Shown here in pieces: positions 1 to 8,343 of a stretch of 64,000 nucleotides of DNA. The position numbers and the translations under genes were made by a program. Under the pieces are notes generated by a model. That model worked only from the letters and a program-made list of their open reading frames with translations, had not been told where the DNA came from and searched no databases. Position 1 is the first letter of the stretch, and every line of letters starts with the position of its first letter. This DNA comes from an uncultured Actinomycetota bacterium (lineage in GTDB: Bacteria; Actinomycetota; Actinomycetes; Propionibacteriales; Nocardioidaceae): contig CAWHPY010000026.1 in assembly GCA_963831375.1 (NCBI GenBank), positions 362,627 to 426,626 of the forward strand, read 5' to 3'.

Positions 1-2
1 CT

Positions 3-1058
3 GATCCGGTCAGCCCAGATCGTCTCGCCGACATCCTGGCCAACCCCGGGTTCGGACTGCATTTCACCGACCACATGTTCGTGGCCGAGTGGACCCCCGA
101 CCGCGGCTGGTACGACGCCCGGGTCACGGCGTACGCGCCGATCCTGATGGATCCCGCGACGGCGGTGCTGCACTACGCACAGGAGATCTTCGAGGGGATG
201 AAGGCCTACCGTCACGAGGACGGGTCGGTCTGGATCTTCCGCCCCGAGGAGAACGCCGCCCGGATGATCCGCTCGGCCGGCCGACTGGCGCTGCCGGGGC
301 TGCCGGTCGCGGACTTCGTCGCCTCGGTCGATGCGCTGATCAAGGAGGACGAGCAGTGGGTACCGGACGCGGCAGGGGAGAAGAGCCTGTACCTCCGGCC
401 GTTCATGTTCGCCTCCGAGAAGTTCCTCGGCGTGCGACCCGCGAAGCACGTGACCTACATGGTCATCGCGTCGCCGGCCGGTGCGTACTTCCCGCGCGGC
501 GTGAAGCCGGTGTCGATCTGGCTCAGTGAGGAGTACTCCCGCGCGGGCGTCGGTGGCATGGGCGCCGCGAAGACCGGCGGCAACTACGCGAGCTCGCTGG
601 TCGCGCAGCAGGAGGCCACCGCGAACGGCTGCGACCAGGTCGCCTTCCTCGACACGGTCGAGAAGAAGTGGGTCGAGGAGCTCGGCGGCATGAACCTCTA
701 CTTCGTCTACGACGACGGCTCGATCGTCACCCCGGAGCTGTCCGGCTCGATCCTGGAGGGGATCACCCGCTCGTCGATCATCGAGCTGTGCGGCAAGCTC
801 GGCCACAAGGTGGAGGAACGCCGCGTCTCGGTCGACGAGTGGCGCGACGGGGTCACGTCAGGTCGCATCGCTGAGGTGTTCGCTTGCGGTACGGCGGCCG
901 TGGTCACCCCGGTCGGGCAGCTCAAGTGGCGCGGTGGCGAGTGCGGGGCAGGAGGCGAGGCCACCGGCCCGGTGACCCTCGAGGTCCGCAAGGCGCTCGT
1001 CGACATCCAGTACGGCCGCGCCGAGGACCCGTTCGGCTGGATGCACCGGGTGCTCTGA
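3..1058 (+). CDS. ilvE: Branched-chain amino acid aminotransferase (5' end outside window)
   Basis: Frame is open from base 3 (DPVSPDRLADILANPGFGLHFTDHMF...). PLP class IV motifs LHYAQEIFEG, KTGGNYA, EELGGMNL, LEGITR, FACGTAAVVTP. Confidence 0.95.
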   Translation, partial: DPVSPDRLADILANPGFGLHFTDHMFVAEWTPDRGWYDARVTAYAPILMDPATAVLHYAQEIFEGMKAYRHEDGSVWIFRPEENAARMIRSAGRLALPGLPVADFVASVDALIKEDEQWVPDAAGEKSLYLRPFMFASEKFLGVRPAKHVTYMVIASPAGAYFPRGVKPVSIWLSEEYSRAGVGGMGAAKTGGNYASSLVAQQEATANGCDQVAFLDTVEKKWVEELGGMNLYFVYDDGSIVTPELSGSILEGITRSSIIELCGKLGHKVEERRVSVDEWRDGVTSGRIAEVFACGTAAVVTPVGQLKWRGGECGAGGEATGPVTLEVRKALVDIQYGRAEDPFGWMHRVL

Positions 1059-1109
1059 ACGCTTTCCGCGCGGGCCGATCCGGCTGCCGCTAGATCTGCT
1101 GAGATCTGG

Positions 1110-1478
1110 TTGTGTCTCGGGCTGACGTGGGGGCTGGTGGCGGTCATCGGCACCGGCGTGGTCGGGGCGGGCGAGAACACCGGTGCCGGCGCTTCACTCG
1201 AGCAGCCGCTCAAGTCCTGCGTCGGACATGTGGACGCGATCGCCTTCCTGGCCGGATGGCGCTGACACTCGTACTCCTCGGCAGAGTGCTTGTCTTCGTG
1301 GGCCTTCGGACCGCCCTGGTCGACTCCGGCCTCGGACGTCATCCGCTGATGCACTTTGCGGTGCCGGCTGCGGTCAGCGGGACTCTTCTCGACCGCCCTC
1401 AACATAGTCGGGGCGATAGCGGGTCTTGGACTGGTGGTCGCGCAGCTGACGATGTCACCGTCGTTGGAGTCGACCTAG
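1110..1478 (+). pseudogene. Possible small membrane protein gene broken by two compensating indels
   Basis: Three hydrophobic stretches in alternating frames (WLCLGLTWGLVAVIGTGVVG; ALTLVLLGRVLVFVGL; LFSTALNIVGAIAGLGLVVAQL) join if one G is added near 1259 and one removed near 1380. TTG start uncertain; no family recognised. Confidence 0.25.
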
Positions 1479-1604
1479 TCGTCGCCGGCTTCGTGCCGTC
1501 TTTTTGTTCTGACCTGGATGGTCTAGGCGGGTGTGGTGCTGTGGCATCGAACCCGGGCGCCTGTCGAGACCTTTGCGTGCGCAGCGCTCGGTTACCGTAG
1601 AGGC

Positions 1605-3341
1605 GTGAGTACGACGACACCGCAGCCCTCGCCCGTCCGGGTGGGTGAGTACCGCCTGCTGACGAAGATCGGCGAGGGCGGCATGGGTGTCGTGCACCTC
1701 GCTCAGGCTCCGGACGGCGAACGGGTAGCGCTGAAGGTCCTGCGGCCGCACATCATCGGCGACGACGAGGCCCGCTCGAGGCTCTCGCGTGAGGTGGCGT
1801 CGCTGCGCCGGGTGCGGAGCCCGCGGATCGCCGAGGTCATCGACGCCGACCCCTGGGGCGAGACGCCGTACGTCGCCACCCGCTACGTCCCCGGCCTGTC
1901 CCTGCACGAGCACATCCGGCAGGAAGGACCGATCACCGGCGAGGACCTGCGCTGGTTCGCGGCCGGGCTCGCCGAAGCGGTGATCGCGGTGCACACCGTC
2001 GGTGTCCTGCACCGAGACATCAAGCCGTCCAACGTGCTGCTCGAGGGCCGCTCACCGGTGCTCATCGACTTCGGTCTGGCGCGGCTCGCGGAGGACCCGC
2101 GGCTCACCGTGACCGGGTGGCTGCTGGGCACGCCCGGATACCTCGCGCCGGAGATCCTGTACGGCGACGACGCGACGACCGCCTCGGACGTGCACTCCTG
2201 GGCAGCCACGGTGGTGTTCGCCGCGACCGGCAACCCTCCGTTCGGCAAGGGCCCGGCGATGGCGATCATGGACCGGGTGCGCCGCGGGGAGCACGACCTC
2301 TCCGCCGTCCCCGCGGAGCTGCTGCCGCTGGTCAGGCAGTGCCTGTCACCGGATCCCGCCGACCGGCCCGAGACGGCGGCCGTGCTGTCTTCGCTGCGCC
2401 GACCGGCTGCGGCGGCACCGGTCATCGACGAGCTCACCATGCCGCTCTCGCTGTTCACCGCGGAGGACGACGACCCGACCGATGTGCTGGGCTCCGATGC
2501 CCGCACCCAGGTGATCAACGACGCGGCCCCGACCACGCCACAGCCCCGCTTCTCGCCGTCGCCCTCTCCGACCACGCCGTTGACCGTGCACAACCCGGTT
2601 CAGCCTGCCCGTGCGCCCTACATGCAGCCCGCCCCTCCGCAGAACCAGCCGCAGCTTTCCGGCCAGGTTCAGCCGTCGCCGACCCAGCAGTTCCCGTCGC
2701 CCGTCGTACCCACCAAGGCGCCACCGGAGCCGTGGCAGTCGCTGCCGTCGGGGCTGGCGAAGTTCCAGCGCGGTTCCCTGCTGCTCGGGATGTTCGCGAG
2801 TGTGACGGTCGGGTTCGCGCTCGCGCCGTACCTCTCCCTGCTGCTGATCGCCCTCGCCGCACTCGCGATCCGGACCTTCTCGTGGACTACCGAGTCCTCC
2901 CGCGACCGGCAGTGGCGACGCGGGAGGAACCGCTGGTACGACGGACCGCTGGCTGTGGCCACGTCGCCGTGGTACCTCGTCGTGGCCACCGGCGGCACCC
3001 TCGTGCTGCTGCTGTGGTCGGCGGCGCTGGCGTTCCTGGTCGGCCTCGCCTACCTGCTGTTCAGCCTGCCGATGATCCCGGGCCTGCTGACTATGGGGGC
3101 CGTGATGGCCTTCTCGTTGTGGTGGGGACCCGGGTCGCGCCGGCTTCGGGTGCCGACCCGCAAGCTGATCGTGCGTGCGACGCGTTGGACGTGGCTCGGA
3201 TGGGTCGCGGTCGGTGTGCTCGCCGTGGTGGTCGCGTTGTTGAGCTATGGGCTGCTGACCTCCGGGGTGAACTGGGATCCGCAGCCCGGCGCCCCATGGC
3301 GCCCGGGGACGATGCTCGGCGACATCGTCGGCTTCTTCTAA
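1605..3341 (+). CDS. Hanks-type Ser/Thr protein kinase with Pro/Gln-rich linker and C-terminal multi-pass membrane region
   Basis: IGEGGMGVV, VALKVL, HRDIKPSNVLL, DFGLA, GTPGYLAPE. GTG start 6 nt after a TACCGT -10 hexamer (1593-1598). Confidence 0.92.
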   Translation: MSTTTPQPSPVRVGEYRLLTKIGEGGMGVVHLAQAPDGERVALKVLRPHIIGDDEARSRLSREVASLRRVRSPRIAEVIDADPWGETPYVATRYVPGLSLHEHIRQEGPITGEDLRWFAAGLAEAVIAVHTVGVLHRDIKPSNVLLEGRSPVLIDFGLARLAEDPRLTVTGWLLGTPGYLAPEILYGDDATTASDVHSWAATVVFAATGNPPFGKGPAMAIMDRVRRGEHDLSAVPAELLPLVRQCLSPDPADRPETAAVLSSLRRPAAAAPVIDELTMPLSLFTAEDDDPTDVLGSDARTQVINDAAPTTPQPRFSPSPSPTTPLTVHNPVQPARAPYMQPAPPQNQPQLSGQVQPSPTQQFPSPVVPTKAPPEPWQSLPSGLAKFQRGSLLLGMFASVTVGFALAPYLSLLLIALAALAIRTFSWTTESSRDRQWRRGRNRWYDGPLAVATSPWYLVVATGGTLVLLLWSAALAFLVGLAYLLFSLPMIPGLLTMGAVMAFSLWWGPGSRRLRVPTRKLIVRATRWTWLGWVAVGVLAVVVALLSYGLLTSGVNWDPQPGAPWRPGTMLGDIVGFF

Positions 3342-3345
3342 CTCC

Positions 3346-3411
3346 GTTGAGATCCGCCTCATTTTCTGTTGAAACTCGCCTCGTTCGGTGTTGAGTGGCG
3401 TCTCATTCCGG
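3346..3411. repeat. Three tandem degenerate 22-bp repeats (left-arm orientation)
   Basis: GTTGAGATCCGCCTCATTTTCT / GTTGAAACTCGCCTCGTTCGGT / GTTGAGTGGCGTCTCATTCCGG at 3346, 3368, 3390; same family as loci at 33275, 51312, 63011. Confidence 0.85.
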
Positions 3412-3444
3412 GCTCCGGGCTTTGTCTCTGGGTGGGCGACCACG

Positions 3445-3507
3445 TCGACGTGCAAACCCTCCCGCAATTGCTGATTCCGCGCTTCAAGGCGAGTGTTTGC
3501 ACGTCGA
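3445..3507. repeat. 13-bp perfect inverted repeat
   Basis: TCGACGTGCAAAC (3445-3457) and GTTTGCACGTCGA (3495-3507). Confidence 0.75.
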
Positions 3508-3558
3508 AACGGCCGCCGCCCATGCGATGCCTTCCGGTTTTGAGCGACCCGGGGCGAC

Positions 3559-3567
3559 TTATCCACA
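3559..3567 (+). promoter_or_regulatory. Single consensus DnaA box
   Basis: TTATCCACA exact match; function here unknown. Confidence 0.35.
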
Positions 3568-3636
3568 GATCGGCGACGAGGACTAGCCGAAACGGATCAG
3601 GCCTGGATAGGTTGCTGAGGCCGTGTTTGTCATGAG

Positions 3637-4260
3637 TTGCGCGGCTTTCTCGGTGCTCACGTCTCTGGGGGTCGATTGCCCGTGCTTGGTTTGCGCGCAG
3701 GTCGTTCCATCGCTGTCCTGACTGGACTTGCCTGCTGCGCTGCCCTGGCCGCGTGCAACTCCAATCCATCGCCGGCGCCGCTACCAAGCGAGTCACCCTC
3801 CGCGTCCACTCCGTCGGGGAGCAGCACCCCTTCGCCCACCCCGCCGACCATGCCGGCCGAGGCGAAGGGGAAGAGCGAGAAGTCCGCCAAGGCGTTCGTC
3901 CGGTACTGGGTCGAGACGCTCAACTATGCGGGACCAGCAGGTGATACACGAGGGCTGAAAAGTTTGAGTGACGGATCCTGTGCCGCGTGTACGGCGATCA
4001 TCAGGTTGATCGACGATGTTCACGAGCAGGAGGGCTACGTTCGAGGAGACGGCTGGACCGTTCGATCAGTGAAGGCCGTTACTGCTGGCGAGGCCAGAGG
4101 CACCGTTGTGGATGCGCTCGTATTAGTTCACCCGCAGGAGGTTCGCACGTCACCAGCGGAGCAGCCAAAGCGCTTCGAAGGGGGACGAAGGCTGAAGACT
4201 TTTTGGCTGGCTCATAGCAGCAAGGGTTGGGTCGTGACGCGGTTGGATCAGCCGCGGTGA
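3637..4260 (+). CDS. Lipoprotein, DUF6318-like
   Basis: Lipobox LAAC, Ser/Pro-rich linker, PTMPAEAK...AKAFVRYWVETLNYA...CAAC. Family recognised from memory; exact start uncertain. Confidence 0.75.
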   Translation: MRGFLGAHVSGGRLPVLGLRAGRSIAVLTGLACCAALAACNSNPSPAPLPSESPSASTPSGSSTPSPTPPTMPAEAKGKSEKSAKAFVRYWVETLNYAGPAGDTRGLKSLSDGSCAACTAIIRLIDDVHEQEGYVRGDGWTVRSVKAVTAGEARGTVVDALVLVHPQEVRTSPAEQPKRFEGGRRLKTFWLAHSSKGWVVTRLDQPR

Positions 4261-5135
4261 GAACGCGTCGAGGCCCGAGCGGGCTTGTCGTGGCCATGGT
4301 GGTGGCCTTGGCGATCTGTGGTCAACGCGAAGTGCTGGCAGATGACTCCACCGACATCACGGGTCAGGCAGGATCAGACGCCTACGAAATCGTCGGGGAG
4401 GCTGCTGACGATCCCCATATCAGCGAGACCAGCGGAACCGATCCCAATGGTGCGGCGTCCTCAGGAGAACCCGAATTCGCCGAGTACAAGTGGGTCTCGG
4501 CGTGCACTTCTCCGGATACGGTGTCCGACCCGTCAACCGTGCTGGATTGCGCCGCCGCTCGCGCCTGCCCCGATGGTGCGGAGCGCTTGTGGCGACTCTG
4601 GGGTCGAATGCTGCGCCCGGCCGGATGGTCCCTCCTGGGCAGTGAATGCTTTGGGCGGCCACCGACGGTGGGTGACGCACCACAACCCCAGGTCACGCCC
4701 GGGCTGGTGCTCAACGCGATCCGGCGGATCGGGCTGCCGGAGCTCACGGCTCAGACCCAGCCGGCCGACAAGACGCTGGTGAACTTCGCGACGATCTTCT
4801 ACGTCGAGCCTCAACCGTTCGCCCGGACGATCCGGCTCCTGGGCCAGCAGGTTGACGTCGAGGCGAGCCCGTCCGAGTTCACCTGGCATTACGGCGATGG
4901 GACCTCAATGACCACGACGACCCCGGGTGCGCCGTACCCCTCGAAGGAGATCACCTACAGCTACTCGGACGCGCACACGACGGTGAGCCCGAGCGTCGAC
5001 GCCACGTATACCGCTCGGTTCCGGGTCAACGGGGGAGCGTGGCAGGACATCGCCGAGACGGTGACGATCGCGGGACCGACCACGGACCTCCGGATCAGCG
5101 AGGCGACCGCCGTGTTGTCCGGAAGCTACGAGTAG
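4257..5135 (+). CDS. Secreted protein with Cys-containing N-terminal region and C-terminal PKD/Ig-like domain
   Basis: GTG overlaps upstream TGA (GTGA). Signal peptide MRTRRGPSGLVVAMVVALAICGQREVLA. C-terminal FTWHYGDGTS...PGAPYP...Y.ARFRVNGGAW. Confidence 0.8.
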   Translation: MRTRRGPSGLVVAMVVALAICGQREVLADDSTDITGQAGSDAYEIVGEAADDPHISETSGTDPNGAASSGEPEFAEYKWVSACTSPDTVSDPSTVLDCAAARACPDGAERLWRLWGRMLRPAGWSLLGSECFGRPPTVGDAPQPQVTPGLVLNAIRRIGLPELTAQTQPADKTLVNFATIFYVEPQPFARTIRLLGQQVDVEASPSEFTWHYGDGTSMTTTTPGAPYPSKEITYSYSDAHTTVSPSVDATYTARFRVNGGAWQDIAETVTIAGPTTDLRISEATAVLSGSYE

Positions 5136-5173
5136 GCGACGACACCACGCGCAATCCGCATTGCGAGATCGGG

Positions 5174-5202
5174 TTCCATGGCTTGGACGGCTCTGGCAGA
5201 CT
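5174..5202 (+). promoter_or_regulatory. Putative sigma-70-type promoter for a leaderless leader peptide
   Basis: TTCCAT-N17-CAGACT with TG extension; GTG 7 nt downstream. Confidence 0.5.
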
Positions 5203-5209
5203 CGAAGCC

Positions 5210-5242
5210 GTGAACCAGCTCAGCAACATCATTATCAGCTAG
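5210..5242 (+). CDS. Putative attenuator leader peptide MNQLSNIIIS
   Basis: GTG AAC CAG CTC AGC AAC ATC ATT ATC AGC TAG: three tandem Ile codons directly upstream of hairpins and cimA. Confidence 0.75.
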   Translation: MNQLSNIIIS

Positions 5243-5295
5243 CGCGCTAGGAAGACTTGGCGCGCTGACCTCTCGTCCCCACGGGAGGTTTTTTT
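5241..5295 (+). terminator. Attenuator hairpins and intrinsic terminator upstream of cimA
   Basis: AGCGCGCTA/TGGCGCGCT stem (5241-5266), then ACCTCTCGT-CCCC-ACGGGAGGT stem (5268-5289) followed by a T run. Confidence 0.85.
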
Positions 5296-5309
5296 GTTGC
5301 TCGACACCG

Positions 5310-6917
5310 ATGCCGACCGAGGACATGACCGTGACGACCACCGACTTTCATGTGTACGACACGACGCTGCGTGACGGCGCCCAGCAGGAGGGGCTGAACC
5401 TCTCCGTCGCCGACAAGCTGAACATCGCCCGCCAGCTCGACGGTCTTGGGGTCGGATACATCGAAGGCGGCTGGCCGGGCGCGAACCCGAAGGACACCGA
5501 GTTCTTCCGCCGGGCCCAGGAGGAGCTCCAGCTCAAGCACGCGCAGCTCGCCGCATTCGGAGCGACGCGCCGCGCTGGGATGAAAGCCGCCGACGACCCG
5601 CTGATCGCCGCACTCCGCGACAGCGGCGCCGGAGTCGTCACACTCGTCGCCAAGTCGCACGACCGGCACGTCGAGCTCGCACTGCGGACCACGCTCGAGG
5701 AGAACCTCGCGATGATCCGGGACACCGTCACCCATCTGCGCGCGGAGGGTCAGCGGGTCTTCCTGGACGCCGAGCACTTCTTCGACGGCTACCGCGACAA
5801 CCGCGACTATGCGCTCGAGGTGCTCCGCACGGCGTACGACGCGGGGGCGGATGTGATTGCCCTCTGCGACACCAACGGCGGCATGCTCCCGCCCTGGGTC
5901 GGCGACGTGGTCAACGATGTCATCGAGTCCACCGGTGTTCGGGTCGGCATCCACTGCCACAACGACACCGGCTGCGCCGTCGCCAACACGCTCGCCGCCG
6001 TGGACGCCGGCGCCACCCACGTGCAAGGCACCCTCAACGGGTACGGCGAGCGCACCGGCAACGCCGACCTTGTCTCGGTCGTGGCGAACCTCGAGCTGAA
6101 GCTGGGCAAGAAGGTGCTGCCCGACGGGCTCCTCCGTGAGGCAACCCGGATCGCACACGCCGTCGCCGACGTCACCAACTTCCCGCCCGCATCACGCCAG
6201 CCGTACGTCGGCGTAAGCGCGTTCGCGCACAAGGCCGGCCTGCATGCCAGCGCGATCAAGGTCGACCCGAACCTGTACCAGCACATGGACCCGGTCCACA
6301 TCGGCAACGACATGAGGCTCCTGGTCTCCGACATGGCCGGGCGCGCGAGCATCGAGCTCAAAGGCAGGGAACTAGGGTTCGACCTGTCCGAAGACAAGGA
6401 GCTGGTCACCCGGATCACCAACCGGGTCAAGGAGCTCGAGTCGAAGGGGTACACGTTCGAGGCCGCCGACGCGTCGTTCGAGCTCATGCTCGTAGAAGAG
6501 GTCGAGGGCGCCCGTCCGTCGTACTTCGATGTGGAGTCCTGGCGGGTGATCACCGAGACGAAACCGGCGGAGGAGGCGGTCTCCGAGGCCACCATCAAGC
6601 TCACCGCGGGCGGCATCCGGATCATCACGACCGGCGAGGGCAATGGCCCGGTCAACGCGCTCGACCACGCACTGCGGGGGGCGATCGGGCAGGCGTACCC
6701 GGGCGTCGCGAAGTTCGAGCTGATCGACTACAAGGTGCGCATCCTCGACCAGGGCCACGGCACCGATGCGGTGACCCGGGTGCTGATCGAGACCAGTGAC
6801 GGCGAGAGCTCGTGGGTCACCGTCGGCGTCGGTCACAACGTGATCGAGGCGTCGTGGGGCGCGCTCGTCGACGCGGTCACCTTCGGACTTCGTCGCAACG
6901 GAGAGGAACCGCAGTAG
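5310..6917 (+). CDS. cimA: Citramalate synthase
   Basis: [59 protein letters not shown] and a LeuA-type regulatory C-terminus. Start may be 5310, 5325 or 5331. Confidence 0.9.
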   Translation: MPTEDMTVTTTDFHVYDTTLRDGAQQEGLNLSVADKLNIARQLDGLGVGYIEGGWPGANPKDTEFFRRAQEELQLKHAQLAAFGATRRAGMKAADDPLIAALRDSGAGVVTLVAKSHDRHVELALRTTLEENLAMIRDTVTHLRAEGQRVFLDAEHFFDGYRDNRDYALEVLRTAYDAGADVIALCDTNGGMLPPWVGDVVNDVIESTGVRVGIHCHNDTGCAVANTLAAVDAGATHVQGTLNGYGERTGNADLVSVVANLELKLGKKVLPDGLLREATRIAHAVADVTNFPPASRQPYVGVSAFAHKAGLHASAIKVDPNLYQHMDPVHIGNDMRLLVSDMAGRASIELKGRELGFDLSEDKELVTRITNRVKELESKGYTFEAADASFELMLVEEVEGARPSYFDVESWRVITETKPAEEAVSEATIKLTAGGIRIITTGEGNGPVNALDHALRGAIGQAYPGVAKFELIDYKVRILDQGHGTDAVTRVLIETSDGESSWVTVGVGHNVIEASWGALVDAVTFGLRRNGEEPQ

Positions 6918-6954
6918 CCTCGGGGAAACCAACCGCACGCTCCGGAGGTCAGGG

Positions 6955-8334
6955 ATGGCAGCGCAGCACAAGATCGAGCTCACCGAGGACGAGATGCCGA
7001 CACGTTGGTACAACGTGCTCAACGACCTCCCGACGCCACCTCCACCTGTGCTGCACCCGGGCACCGGCCAGCCGGTCGGCCCGGATGACCTGACGCCGCT
7101 CTTCCCGATCGACCTGATCCTGCAGGAGGTGTCGACCGAGCAGTACATCGACATTCCCGACGAGGTCCTTGACGTCTACCGGCTGTGGCGACCCAGCCCG
7201 TTGTACCGGGCACATCGCCTGGAGAAGGCGCTCGGCACTCCAGCGAGGATCTACTACAAGTACGAAGGCGTGTCGCCGGCTGGCTCGCACAAGCCGAACA
7301 CCTCTGTGCCGCAGGCCTACTACAACGCCAAGGCCGGCATCAAGAAGCTGACCACCGAGACCGGTGCGGGCCAGTGGGGGACCGCGCTCGCGTTCGCCTG
7401 CGCCCAGTTCGACATGGAGTGCGAGGTGTGGCAGGTGCGCGCGTCGTACGACCAGAAGCCGTACCGGCGGATGATGATCGAGACCTTCGGTGGCACCGTG
7501 CACCCGAGCCCATCGGACCTCACCGACGCCGGCCGGGCGATCCTGGCCGAGCACCCCGACTCCACCGGTTCCCTCGGCATCGCGATCAGCGAGGCCGTCG
7601 AGGTCGCCGCCCAGGACCCGACCACCAACTACGCGCTGGGCAGCGTGCTCAACCACGTGCTCATGCACCAGACGATCATCGGCGAGGAGGCGCTGCTCCA
7701 GCTGGCCAAGATCGGCGAACAGGCCGACCTCCTCGTGGGATGCACGGGCGGCGGGTCCAACTTCGGCGGGTTGATGTTCCCGTTCCTGCGGGAGAAGTGG
7801 GCAGGGCGGATGAGTCCTACGGTGCGCGCCGTCGAGCCGGCGGCCTGTCCGTCACTGACGCAGGGCACCTATGCGTACGACTTCGGGGACACCGCGGGAA
7901 TGACGCCGCTGATGAAGATGCACACCCTCGGCCACGACTTCATCCCCGACCCGATCCACGCCGGCGGTCTGCGCTACCACGGGATGAGCCCGCTGATCAG
8001 CCACCTGTTCGAGGAGAAGGAGATCGAGGCGGTGGCGAAGCCACAACTTGAGTGCTTCGCGGCCGGGGTGCTGTTCGCCCGGACGGAGGGGATCGTTCCG
8101 GCGCCGGAGCCCACGCATGCCCTCGCTGCTGCGGTCGACGAGGCGCTGCGGTGCAAGGAGACGGGTGAGGAGAGGGTGATCCTCACCGCGCTCTGCGGTC
8201 ACGGCCACCTCGACCTACCGGCCTACGACGCCTATCTGTCCGGCAAGATCGTCGACCACGACTGGGCGGACGCGGACATCCAGAGTGCCGTCACGGATGC
8301 CCTGTCCAAGCTGCCCATCCTCGCGCAGCAGTAG
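6955..8334 (+). CDS. trpB2: TrpB-like PLP enzyme (stand-alone tryptophan synthase beta, TrpB2 type)
   Basis: [53 protein letters not shown]; GGAGG RBS. Confidence 0.9.
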   Translation: MAAQHKIELTEDEMPTRWYNVLNDLPTPPPPVLHPGTGQPVGPDDLTPLFPIDLILQEVSTEQYIDIPDEVLDVYRLWRPSPLYRAHRLEKALGTPARIYYKYEGVSPAGSHKPNTSVPQAYYNAKAGIKKLTTETGAGQWGTALAFACAQFDMECEVWQVRASYDQKPYRRMMIETFGGTVHPSPSDLTDAGRAILAEHPDSTGSLGIAISEAVEVAAQDPTTNYALGSVLNHVLMHQTIIGEEALLQLAKIGEQADLLVGCTGGGSNFGGLMFPFLREKWAGRMSPTVRAVEPAACPSLTQGTYAYDFGDTAGMTPLMKMHTLGHDFIPDPIHAGGLRYHGMSPLISHLFEEKEIEAVAKPQLECFAAGVLFARTEGIVPAPEPTHALAAAVDEALRCKETGEERVILTALCGHGHLDLPAYDAYLSGKIVDHDWADADIQSAVTDALSKLPILAQQ

Positions 8335-8343
8335 CGTCGAGGC

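Noticed and set aside
3559-3567. Replication origin
   Set aside because: Only one DnaA box, no box cluster or AT-rich unwinding element, and no dnaA/dnaN nearby.
5136-5200. Right arm closing the 3346 array around the lipoprotein/PKD pair
   Set aside because: Only a weak partial resemblance (GCGAGATCGGGTTCCAT) with no periodicity; not enough to call.
5310-6917. Call as leuA (isopropylmalate synthase)
   Set aside because: [10 protein letters not shown] and related motifs fit the citramalate synthase subfamily, and the leader carries Ile rather than Leu codons.
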